Part shown: positions 40,201 to 51,390 of the stretch, piece by piece
Layout: the number at the start of each line of letters is the position of its first letter
Numbering within the stretch: position 1 is the first letter of the stretch
NCBI GenBank assembly: GCA_051362555.1
Contig: CM120641.1
Span: forward strand, 8,680,001 to 8,744,000
Length of the DNA stretch: 64,000 nucleotides
Direction of reading: 5' to 3'
DNA from: Lingula anatina
Lineage: Eukaryota > Animalia > Brachiopoda
Notes under the pieces: generated by a model
Database searches by the model: none
Seen by the model: only the letters and a program-made list of their open reading frames with translations
Told to the model about the DNA's origin: nothing
Made by a program: the position numbers and the translations under genes

Positions 40201-43200
40201 CCCCTTCGTACATATCTAAAGTGAGACCATCTACTGCAGTCACATTTTCCTTTCCTTTGAAGATCTTCTTAATGCCAAATAACCTATGAAAAATGCAAGA
40301 CAACAGAAGTATTATCAAAATACTGAACAAAAGATGCAATATCAAAATAATCATTTCTTGTCAAATGGTGACAGCTATGGCAACGAAACAGACACAGTGA
40401 TTAAAATTTAAAGAAATCCTATAGTTTCTATATATAAAAAGTTTGGACATATAAGAAAGTGCCTTTTGTTAAAACTTTTCCTATGGTATACCTTAGTCCT
40501 TCCCTGCCATGGTAAGACTGTGGGACAGGCTCCCTCTCTGCTTCTATTGTGTTGATCCCATCAGTAACATTTACCATTTCCTTATGTTTCTTTTCTGGGC
40601 ACCAATAAGATGACAAAAAGCAAAAGAATGGACTCCGATGATTGCCGTACTCAGCTGAAATAAAAGATTGCAAAAACATTAGATTTGCACATATCAACCA
40701 AATATGATGTTTTTACTTTCTCATTACCAGGATTCAAACTTTTTTGTTAATGAAACTTGTACCACAGTTAATCCATTTTAAGGGTACGGGTAAGAACCAA
40801 TGTCTGAGGGTCTGCATGTGCACCTGTACAGCTCATGCACCCACATATGTACGTGTGTGAAAGTGATTTCAGGCATGCATGTAGTAGCCTATGTAACATT
40901 TAAAAACCCTTTTCTCAAAACAAGCCACTGAAATACTGTAAACATATGATTAAAAAAATTGACATTATAAAGATAATACTTGTACTCTTTTGATGGAACA
41001 ATCTTATCACTTACATGTACAATAGAATTACATTAACCTGTACATTTTGAAAAATTACTTCAAACTAAATTCCTCTGCTTTGTGAAAACTCACTGGGTAT
41101 AACATTATCCAGATAGGCAGCCAACAGTCCATATAGTACAAAATCTACAGCTAACATGATCAATGAGGATGATATAGGGAACTGTCCGACATGGAGAGTA
41201 TCAAACGTCATGCCACGGCCAGTTATGTCCAGGAATAGACCCTAAAATGTTTTCAAAATTCTTTAAACAATAATTGTCATTAAAGGATTTAAGTAATCAA
41301 AGTAAAACTAGACAAATAATAATTTTGAGCAAAACTTTAAATACAAGTTCCTAGTTTCCTTCAACTACAAGTAAATTGTTCTGCACCTTGGCACCTTGTA
41401 CAAATTAAAATTCAAGACCTTTTCACAATTAAATGTGAGTGTACTACAAAAAATATGCATGTATCAAACCTGATGACAAACAATTTGATTCCAAATTAGA
41501 TCAAAATAATTTTCAGCATGATCAATGTTAGATAAGGGGAGCAATAGAGACTCGAGTTAAAAGTGCTACTTTTGCAAATCACTGAATCGAAAGTTAATAG
41601 AATGTGACATATCCCACATTTACCATATCAACAGATAAAGCCACTGCCACAGGAGACATAAGGCACAAGGCATACTGCCCTGCAATAGGTATAGTCGACT
41701 TGGGTAGAAAATTCTCATCATATGTCCTAGTTGTACTTATCACCAAGTAGAGCAAACTGATGAGAGTGGTAAAGAAACTAGAAGCAATTCCTCCCACCAG
41801 TGCCCTGCTGAAGAATCCCTGTAGTATGAAGGACATGTTGATCACTGTGAGACCATACATGAATAACATCAGGAAGAAGATGAACAGGTTGCTTTTATTG
41901 ACATCGAAGAACTGTCCTGCCATGGCCAGTAGTACTACGATCACAGTCACAATGAGAATGAAGCCAGTGTACATCAGGAGCCATGCCAACCTAATAATAA
42001 CAAGGCAGCAAAGCTGTCAAATGTACAGACAAAAAACAGGAAATAACTATGCACAAATTAGGCTACTGTCAATTCTGATGCAAAAGTACATTATGTTAAA
42101 CTGCAAATTCAACATCAAATTTTAATGATTGAATCTGACAAACTGCAATGATATAAATTTATTTCCATTTTTGAAACTTTATTACACAATACACGATAAC
42201 AAGTTTACCATCATTTTTACATAATCAACTAATAATGTTGTAAAGATGCAGGAAATGCCAAACAAACACTTTTACGTATCTTATTAATTAAATAATGAAA
42301 CTGTTAACATGCCTAAGAAATGAATCTGAGGAAATGTGAAAAAACGGCATTTCTTTAAAATAATGGCCTAATTAAGCTGATTTTTTAACTCAACCTGCGT
42401 TTTAGCAGGAATGACCACTCCTGTGAATTTCATGACAATTGGCCTATCTGTTTTTCTTATAAATATTGTATTTACTGTGTTGCATATATGCTGAAAAGTG
42501 AAGAAAAAAGCATAACTACTAAAACAGTGGCCCAATCATGCCGATTTTCGAACCTGACCTGCGTTATAATAAGATCGATTACTCCTGTGAGTTTCATGAC
42601 AACAGGCCTATCAGTTTTCCTTGAAATGTGTTTACAGTGTTGCATATATGCTGAAAAGTTAAAAAACAGCATAACTTCCCTTAAAATGGCCCGATCATGC
42701 TGATTTTCGAACTTGACCTGCGTTTTATGAATATTCATCAGCTCTGTAAATATACAGCCAAAAAGTAAAACTGTTTTCCACTTATCATGTTTACAATGAA
42801 AGTGCACGGCGCCAGCGCCGACAACGGCGACGACGGCAGATACAGGTGATGGCAATATGTACAGACACATCTGTACATATTTACTGTACTGTTTGAGAAC
42901 AGTAAGTGACATTGTTTTTCTTAAATGGTCATCATGAGAGCAGTGCCCAAAATAGGTTTTTTTTCAAATTTTGATGCAATATTACATAATGTTTAACAGC
43001 ATAATGACCATCAATTTTAATAATAAAATATTAGCATCATGGATATTCAGAAAATATGACTAGCAAAGGTCTTCAGGCCCATGGAACTTCAAAGTCACAA
43101 CTTGAAAATGCCAAAATGTAAACAAGACAGCACTGTTCTGAAATGTTTTTTTTTTCCATTTTTAACAATTTTTTTAACATAAAACAAAATTAACAGGTTA

Positions 43201-46200
43201 CTGCCATCTTTATATGATCAACTAAGAAAATTGATGAGATGGGAAAAATATAAATACAACAGTGTTAAATGTCCAATTTCCTCCATTCTGAGATTCTAAA
43301 CAGTGAATGATTGCATCTGACAAACTGCAATGATATGAGTTTATTACCATTTTTGAAACTTTATTACACACTACATGATAACAAGTTTACCATCAGTTTT
43401 ACATAATCAACTAATAATGTTGTAAAGATACAGGAAATGTCAACCAAACACTTTAACATGTCTTATTAGTTAAATAATGAGACTGTTAACATGCCTAAGA
43501 ATTGAATCTGAGGAAATGTGAAACAAGACAGCACTGTTCTGACATGGGTTTATTTCCATTTTTAACACTTTTTTTAACATAAATCAAAATAAAGTTTACT
43601 GCAATTTTTATATGATCAACTAAGAAAATTGATGAGATGGGGAAAACATCAATAGAATAGTGTTAAATGTCTAATTTCCTCCATTCTGAGATTCTGAACA
43701 TAGTGAATGATTAAATCTGACAAATTGCAATGATATGAGTTTATTTCCATTTTTGACACTTTATTACACAATACATGATAACAAGTTTACCATCATTTTT
43801 ACAAAATCAACTAACAATGTTGTAAAGATGCAGGAAATGTCAAACAAACACTTTTACGTATCTTATTAGTTCAATAATGAGACTGTTAACATGCCTAAGA
43901 GTTGAATCTGAGGAAATGTGAAAAAACAGCATAACTTCTAAAATAATGCCCCGATTATGCTGATTTTCGAACTCAACCTGCATTTTAGTAAGATTGACTA
44001 CTCCTGTGAGTTTAATGACAATTGGCCAATCTGTTTTTCTTATTTTGTGTTTACAGTGTTGCATATATGCTGAAAAATGAAAAAAACAGCATAACTACTA
44101 AAACAGTGGCCCGATCGTGCTGATTTTCGAACTTGACCTGCGTTTTCATAGGACTGATTACTCCTGTGAGTTTCATGACAACAGGCCTAACAGTTTTCCT
44201 TAAAATGTGTTTACAGGGTTGCATATATGCTGAAAAAAGTGAAAAAACAGCATAACTTCCCTTAAAATGGCCCGATCATGCTGATTTTCGAACTTGACCT
44301 GCGTTTTATGAATATTCATCAGCTCTGTAAATATTAAGCCAAAAAGTAAAACTGCCCTCCACTTATCGTGTTTACAAGGAAAGTGCACGGCGCCGGCATC
44401 GGCATCGGCATCGGCATCGGCATCGGCGACGACAGACGCAGGTGATGGCAATATGTACAGACACATCTGTGTCTGTACATAAAAAGCAGCAATTTATTGG
44501 TATAAGTTTTAAATAGATTCCAAACATACAAGACAATTTCTGATGCTGTATCTCCGTTTGTCACAATTATTTTCAATGCTGTTTTTTATTGCGAAGGGAT
44601 AAAATTATATGCAGAACTTGAATAATTAAAAATGCAAAAAAGGGACCCTTTGATGTACGTTTGTTAAAACTTGGTATGTCATTTTGTATAACCAGTAATT
44701 ATAGTTAAATTTCAAAACTGAATGTCTCTAGACTACTTTTTTAATGCATTTAGAATTTATACAACTAAAATACCCTTGTCTCAAAGTAGCTTTGCATTAA
44801 TTTCCTAACAATTCTCACCAAAAGGCACTATCTTTCATCCCCATCATTCTCATTGCTTCTTTTGTCTTCTTTTCTTTTTCAGTTATCAAATACACAACTA
44901 AGCCAGATACAAAAGGGGAATAAGCCATCACAAAGAATATTCCAGACAGTATGCGGATGTAATCAGAATTAGGCGTGAATTTCATTTTGGGCATCATTTG
45001 AAACATCAAGTCTGGTTTGATGAAAGGTTGCCCAGCAGCTTCATTCTGTAAACACAAAAAATGTGCTTTGAAAATCAGACATCAGTTATATTCTGATTAT
45101 TTACTTATGTCTTCTAGAAAAGAAAATTAAGTATACTTAAAATTCATTTCTTTGCAAAAAATAATATATACATGAAATCCGTATGCTAAATATAAAGTTG
45201 AAAAGGCACTTGTTGAATAGTAAAGTATATACCATAAACACATTGCTATAGCAACTTTGTACTTCAATTGTCTTACATGAAGAGATTTACCAGTTTTACT
45301 TCATTCACAATAAGTATACAAATCAAAACAATGGAGCTCAACTATTTCACAAAAAAATTGTACTCGCTCCAAAACATTTGTATGGTTATAGTACTTACCT
45401 TGACAATAGCCATATCTATTGCATGTTGAAGTAACACAAACCCAGTGTGCAAGTAGCTGTTGGCTGGACAATTAACACTTGTCAATCCTAATCCTCCTGT
45501 AGTAGAACGGCAGGCTGAAAAATCAAGTCATTGACAAATAACTTTGCAACTGATACCTTGCATCTGATCTCATGTAGCTTTAAGCATGTTAAGTACTATA
45601 TTTCTAACATAAATATAAAAGTATCTTATATTCATATTAAAATACCAATACAAATTTATCTTCAGGGATAGACATTATATTTTCTTAATGAAAATATGTC
45701 CAACACCAAAATAAAAAATGAAGAATTATTTGAGGGAACAGCTTAAAATCTTTAGGAATATAACACAAAAATATTAAATCTGAAAGAAATAGACAAATTT
45801 TGAGTGACCAGTATAATATGACAATATTTCTTTTCATAAAGAATTTGGTAAGTAACTGGTAAGAAATTTTTATGAGTAATGTTTATTTCTGTTCAATAAG
45901 AGCAGGATATTTACAATTCAATCTACAGATACAGAACAAAAATTAATTAATAGTTTATAAATAATAAATTAATAATTCAAATAATAAGTTTATAGAAATA
46001 CATTACAAAATCAACTCACTAGAACCACCAGAGACATCATAAATATCTTTTGTTGATGCAATATGCTCATAAGATGTTCGTATGGTATAAGTCGAATTGG
46101 AAGAGAAATGAACACCAGCAAAAACCACGCTGGCATTTGCCTTATAAAAATTCTCCATGGCCATCACGTCTTCAAACATCATGTACTGCAACCCTAAAGA

Positions 46201-46784
46201 TGCTGCTGCTGTGCCTATGATATCTGAGACCTCTGTGGAGTTAGGTGAAATGAGTAAGGTTTTGTTGCGATTCGGAACAAGCGTTGTATTGAAATCATAT
46301 TCAGGAAATTCCGGGATACTGGGATTGGATTCTGGAGTGCTTAGCCTTTTCACCAGAACAAGTAGAAGAACGAAGTAGACTGGGAAAAATATTTCCTGAA
46401 AGAAAATGACATCAATCAGAATAATCAGGGGGCTGCTTGCTTAAAAAGACAACAAATTTTTTTTATATCTTAAAATACATAGTTTTGAGTTTTTCACCTT
46501 GTTTCAAGAACACAATGCATCCTATACATGACCTTTTTTGTGAATAAAACAATAAAAAAGTAAACATACATAAGTTAAATAATAAAATAAGTGAATGGAT
46601 GAGAAATACATGAATTAATGTGAACAAGCAAATGAATTAAAAAATGATAGAATGAATAAAGCTATAAACATTGACGTAAAGTTTCTTTACTTACCTGTAT
46701 TGTTAACCCTTTAACTCTCAACTTTAAAAGAAAGTTCCTGTGTAATAGAGCTTTCAGCTGTTGCCAGAAGGTAGCTCCAGCCAT
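28231..46784 (-). CDS. ABCA5: ABC transporter subfamily A, ABCA5-like full transporter (TMD1-NBD1-TMD2-NBD2), about 1735 aa, 29 coding exons
   Basis: Minus-strand exons: 46784-46695, 46395-46020, 45514-45399, 45045-44819, 41990-41624, 41241-41094, 40654-40492, 40283-40094, 39709-39557, 39284-39165, 38815-38677, 38290-38200, 37870-37731, 37425-37306, 37012-36608, 36314-36163, 35624-35364, 34559-34428, 34125-33973, 33540-33403, 33021-32926, 32533-32315, 32043-31819, 31437-31265, 30837-30762, 30540-30446, 30137-30018, 29299-29052, 28505-28231. All phases are compatible and the total is 5208 nt. Motifs: N-terminal [14 protein letters not shown], Walker [10 protein letters not shown] and GPNGAGKTT, signature LSGGQKRKL and LSGGTKRKL, Walker [11 protein letters not shown] and [31 protein letters not shown]-terminal [12 protein letters not shown]. 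Subfamily A is certain; ABCA5 orthology is a best guess. Confidence 0.9.
28644..28884. mobile_element. Degenerate MITE-like remnant in the last ABCA intron
   Basis: gagggtcccat and atgagaccttc are imperfect TIRs; internal cgtgatt/tgtgaa short repeats. Confidence 0.35.
29668..30004. mobile_element. TTAA-flanked MITE (Kolobok-like); copy at 7987-8323 arises from the duplication
   Basis: ttaa|agggataataacttttcgt ... acgaagagttattatccct|ttaa gives TIRs plus a TTAA TSD; a related copy lies at 46902-47238. Confidence 0.8.
31656..31739. repeat. 42-bp tandem duplication in ABCA intron 23 (copy at about 9975-10058)
   Basis: caatctgaattattatg(c/t)tcacaaataattttcataattgt x2. Confidence 0.85.
34613..35200. 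mobile_element. Degenerate Helentron/DINE-like remnant with AT-rich low-complexity core; copy at 12932-13519
   Basis: Terminus aatagaaaagcactcagagagaacagacttctgccaagg resembles a terminus I recall from this element class; it is followed by ttaattaa-rich sequence. The right boundary is uncertain. Confidence 0.4.
35688..35856. mobile_element. Small MITE with CAGGGGCGGAT termini and 6-bp TSD; copy at 14007-14175
   Basis: tgtatc|caggggcggat ... atccgcccctg|tgtatc. Confidence 0.75.
39007..39057. repeat. 25-bp tandem duplication in ABCA intron 10
   Basis: atacaagtgatgcaagagtcagatt x2. Confidence 0.85.
42124..42879 (-). mobile_element. Truncated copy of the same Helentron/DINE-like family
   Basis: Colinear with about 43705-44480; the terminal hairpin is partly deleted. 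Confidence 0.65.
43059..44485 (-). mobile_element. Helentron/DINE-1-like non-autonomous element with internal tandem repeats (longest copy)
   Basis: On the minus strand: T-run, hairpin TATGTACAGACACA-GA-TGTGTCTGTACATA, GC-rich microsatellite (ggcatc x5 at 44395-44424), three about 160-bp units, about 400-bp units, 3' end ggcctgaagacctttgctagt. Superfamily is inferred from architecture only. Confidence 0.65.
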
Positions 46785-46901
46785 TTCTAATTGATAGATA
46801 ACCAAACACCTACAAATTAAAGTTAAAGTGTTGTTATTCCCTGTACTTATGCTATTAAAAATTTTAAGTACCCTGTTTTGATTGCAAAAATGAAAGATTA
46901 A

Positions 46902-47238
46902 AGCAATAATAACTCTTCGTTTCGGCCAAAAAATGAATTTTCCTGGAGTAAACAACAATTTTCCCATACTTACCAATGGTTAATGAATCCATATTTACAT
47001 TCAAAGTTAGTCCCTGGTTTTTTTCCAAAAAGTTTAGTTTTTTGTTAAAATCTCTTAAGAGATTTTAACAAAGTATAGACATCAATGGAGGTCACGTGGT
47101 CTAAAGACAAGTTCAAATATCAGAATAAAAGCTATAACTGCTGTTTTTGTGGTAAAACATAATATATTATATTTCTATGAGTTATTCACAAGGTTTTTAT
47201 TGTGAAATATAGGTCTCATACAAAGAGTTATTATGCCT
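46902..47238. mobile_element. Independent copy of the same TTAA-flanked MITE family
   Basis: Colinear with 29668-30004 with scattered substitutions; ttaa on both sides. Confidence 0.8.
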
Positions 47239-48124
47239 TTAAGAATGACTTGATGGCTGCCTGAGTTTCTTCACTGCTCAACTTAACAAAATAAATAATG
47301 TCCCTAAAAACACTTCATTTACACAATTGTAAATCATTATCGCCAGCCAATTTTGTTCTGCTGAGGACACAGAGATAAGGAATCACGCGTGTTTGATAAC
47401 AAATTGAGGTCAAAAGTTCCACTTAGCACATACCAGTACCTTTACATCTGGTTAAATACTTACATGTATATAACTCAGTATAATCTGTTTTAATGTGTTA
47501 TATATTTGAGAAATCATGGCAAGCAGGAGGGCAGGGGTATATGCAGTGAATGACATTTGAATAAATATATTTCTGAAACAAGATAAATAATCAAATAATA
47601 GTCAGGCTGGTGTTCAAATGAGAGCTGTATTGTACATGTAGTCCTCAGAATAATTATTGAAATTAAGTATAACATGCAATATGGTTTTCCGTTCTATGGT
47701 GTTTAAATGACAGTGCATACAGTGTGAGTCAATGACTGAGTGTGTTTATCAAATTGAAGCAATATTACTATACATTATGCCTAACAGCATAATCACCACC
47801 AATTTTTTAAATTATATATACATGCACTACAGGTATTTTCATATTATTTTCTTAATATCCACATTAAATAAATTCTATATATATAGGGTGGGGCTTCAGA
47901 TCCAAGGAAGATGAAAACCCACCATAAAAATGCCAATATAGGAAAATGAAAATTTCACACACACAAATAAATAAATAAATAAAAATATAACTTAAAGAAT
48001 TAAAGAATAATCTGATCAGGTTAGTTTTTAAATTCAATCTGTGTGTTAGTCTTAAGAATCACTCTTTTTAGTTTGAGAATAGTAAATAACATTTTTCCTT
48101 TGATTGTGTCTGTGGTGAAAATGC

Positions 48125-48198
48125 ATGGCAACAACATCGACGATGACAGACACCAGCAATGTCTTCATGTACAAACACACTGTGTCCGTACATAAAAA
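48125..48198 (-). mobile_element. Diverged 5'-end remnant of the same family
   Basis: cgacgatgacagacaccagcaatg...atgtacaaacacactgtgtccgtacataaaaa resembles 44427-44485. Confidence 0.45.
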
Positions 48199-48839
48199 CA
48201 GTCATCATTTGTAATACTGTACATGTAGTAAACTGAATGATCTCCTAATAAGCATATGGAAGACAGGGAGTGGCATGATTAACTACAAAGCAACTAACAG
48301 CAAACCACACTACATGTACATCCAATGTTCCTGATCTCTGGTACAATGATATCATATCTGTATGCCCATTGAAACAAATATTCTAGATAATATTTCAATG
48401 AAACCATCTACAAAGTCTTCTAGAGGGTATATTTTTATAATTCATGAAAAATATTCTATAATATCTATGATAGAGCTCAAGAATTATAACTTGTCAAGTG
48501 TTCAAAACTGCAATAGAAGTAATCACCTAACACAACTGATCACCACAGAAAGTAGATTTTTGAAATACATTTTTAAAAATCATGTTATGAATGCAAAGAC
48601 TTACAATTGACATAAGTGTCTATCTGTATTTTTTGGCTTTCCAACTTCACGCATATATATATTACTAAAGACACTTGGTTTACACAATACTAAATAGACT
48701 CTACCTTCAGTCAGATGACCATGCGTGTTCTGCTGAGGACAAAGAGATAAGGATTTGTCTGGTAACAAATCTAGACCAAAGTCATGCAAACAGTTACTGA
48801 GTACATGTACACTACAGGTACAATGTTTGTATACAAATC

Positions 48840-48840
<1 letters not shown>

Positions 48841-48871
<31 letters not shown>
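48841..48871. repeat. (AC)n microsatellite
   Basis: Seen directly; a shorter one lies at 56639-56659. Confidence 0.95.
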
Positions 48872-48874
<3 letters not shown>

Positions 48875-49406
48875 TGTGTTTGTTGGTTCAATATTTTAGA
48901 TGGGAAGTCATTCTTATGGTTGGCATATGATGTAACACCAAAAAATTGTCTGATGGGTCATATTTATGACCACCAGATCTTCGGACAGGTGGTCATAAAT
49001 TTGACCCATCTGACTTTGAATCCAACCTGTCCAACAAAACCAGTAATTCTTCTATTCATACTTGTCAGGGAATTTTATAAATCTACATGACGTGTAATCA
49101 AGAATATTTTAATTATCAAGATGTTCAATTCAAAATGGGCCCAGAAAATGCACCCTACATAGGATTTATTCTTGGGTAAAAAGTTTTTCATACCTGTGAA
49201 GTCCTGAAGATTTAATCTTCCATAGAATTTTCCATTTAAATCAATCATAAATATATGTAGGCTTGAAAATGCATATATTTATATCAAGCAAAAAGATATC
49301 ATTTTTTAAGTAGAATCAATTCAGTAACCTACTGGTACCCTGTACTTCATTGACATTTTTTTCCTTTTTGTAATTTTACTTATTTTTCCCCAAGAGTAAA
49401 GCACTG

Positions 49407-50093
49407 GGGCCGGTTTCACAAAGCAGTAGTTAGTTAGCGATCGGTAGTTAGCCTCTCGCTAGTTAGAGTGCCGTTTCACGAAGCAGTCGCTAGTTCTCTC
49501 GCTCGTTATTGTCTCGTTGTTGCCTTGGATATTTAACGACAGGTCAGACCAGTCGCTAGCTCTAGAGTTTCATCGTACGCATGCGTAATGAGTGAAATAA
49601 AAAGGTTGCTTAGTTACCGTTGTCTGTCGTTTGTCTTTGTATCCAATATGGCGGCTACTTTTCTTGCTATCCGTACCGCCAGACGACAACGTAGAGTACG
49701 ACGTTTTCATGAAAGGCAGAATCTATTAGAATATACACACGATGATGCAATTTACGAGAGGTTGCGCCTAGCTGTGACAAAAAGAGCGGCAAAAAGGTGG
49801 TGGAGATCCTTTACGATGACCTCAAAGCAGACGTTCTTATGCATTTCCAGCCACCAAAAATTGGAGAGTTAGTGCTTTCGTGACACTTTTACGCAAGAGT
49901 TCCACTTCCGGCAGACGGTTTCGAGACTACAGTGAGTAACGAGAGAACTAACGACCGAACTTTACGACTGAACTTAGCGATGAGTTAACGACTGCTTCGT
50001 GAAACACCCCTCGAAAATCGCTAAGTTTGCTCGTTAGTGAGGTAGTTCAGTAGTTATTTGTTCTAACTAACTACTGCTTTGTGAAACCAGCCC
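49407..50093 (+). mobile_element. Internally deleted PIF/Harbinger DNA transposon
   Basis: About 31-bp TIRs gggccggtttcacaaagcagtagttagttag / ctaactaactactgctttgtgaaaccagccc, flanked by CTG/CAG (CWG-type target). The TIR core is repeated subterminally (49473, 49987). Internal remnant MAATFLAIRTARRQRRVRRFHERQNLLEYTHDDAIYERLRL resembles a Harbinger/HARBI1 transposase N-terminus. Confidence 0.75.
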
Positions 50094-50160
50094 CAGGATC
50101 TTTTAGATCCCACCTTTTTTTAAAATCAATCTTGTAATTTTTTATACTTGTACTTTAATT

Positions 50161-50173
50161 TAATAATAATAAC

Positions 50174-50207
<34 letters not shown>
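50161..50207. repeat. (TAA)n microsatellite
   Basis: Seen directly. Confidence 0.95.
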
Positions 50208-50211
<4 letters not shown>

Positions 50212-50323
50212 CAAAAAGGAAATTAAAAGGCACAATTCGAGCCCTACATGTATATTAAAGTATAATAATAAAAAATAATAACTGTACAAATATTATTACC
50301 AAAGATATGCTTAAACTGCTCAC

Positions 50324-50612
50324 CTTAAAACGTTATGATCTTGGCATATTTCTATATTCTATGTTATAGTGCCTAGCATTCTTGCACAACTGGGAAATTT
50401 TTCTGTGGCTGATTCCATCAACAGTGAAGATATCATCTTACACATATATCTTACACACATTCCACTCGGAACTACTCAGATGTCTCCGCAATCGACTTGT
50501 ATGGAGCTTGCGCAGGGGTCACAGACGATTGACACTGATTGACACACATCCTTATCACACCCAGACTGCGCGTGTAAAGTCGGCAACATTGAAAATTGAC
50601 GGATTGGTAAGA
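50324..50612. promoter_or_regulatory. Putative bidirectional promoter and non-coding first exons of ABCA (-) and PRPF31 (+)
   Basis: Locally CpG-rich (ttgcgcag, ctgcgcgtg). Outward-facing donor sites: minus-strand aag|gtgagc at 50324/50323 and plus-strand ttg|gtaaga at 50606/50607. Both start codons are preceded by an acceptor (tttacag at 51364; caattag at 46787), implying upstream UTR exons. Confidence 0.5.
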
Positions 50613-51390
50613 ATAATAGAATTTTTTTAAAAAAGAAAATTATCCTCTTCATAACTTATTAGATAAATATGAAATATGAACATTAGTTTTATTGATTTAA
50701 CTTGAAGGTTATTTTGATCTAATTGAGTGTCAAACTTGAACTCGAGATACTATATATTAATGGCCGCGCTCCGTAAATTGGACGTCTCCAGACCCATTTA
50801 GATTTGACCATTTATTGCAGTGAGTACTACTGCTTATTTTTAACTTTAACAAATGTTATTGTGAATATTTATAAGATCTGTCTGCTTTACAAGTATTGAT
50901 AGATTTTTTAAAAAGTGATTTGCTTTACTCATGTACTAATTTGACTTGGTCGCACTCGGGAGCGTTGTCGGCGATAGTCGGCATAGACCTTGTCTCAGTT
51001 TTGGATTACCATACTCCAATAATATTCACCGCAGTTGTATGACATCCTCTTGAGGTTATAAATATTCTGGTGAAACTGTGTATCCTCCGTCGCACCTTTT
51101 AGTTCGTTCACAGTAACTTAAAATCTTTTTTATTGGCTCACACACCAGTTTCCTTTCATTTTAGTCTTTTAGTTCCAGCTATAGCAGGCAGCAGTGCTAC
51201 ATGTACCAGCCATTTGCAAATGACGCTACATATAGCATTGAAAGTTTTTAACCATAGGTCAGGGGGTTATGACGCCTTACCAGCATGGCATCTAAGGTGG
51301 AAAACTAAGGCAGTAAAAGCTGTGAAGTCTAATTCATATCTGTTGTACTTTGATTATTTTACAGATAAATAGAATCATTTCACAAAGGAG

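Noticed and set aside
42472-44576. Recurring MCLYILPSP...QVKFENQHD ORFs (also at 52166) that look like a small protein family
   Set aside because: They are translations of a non-coding repeat element with tandem units; frames break differently in each copy.
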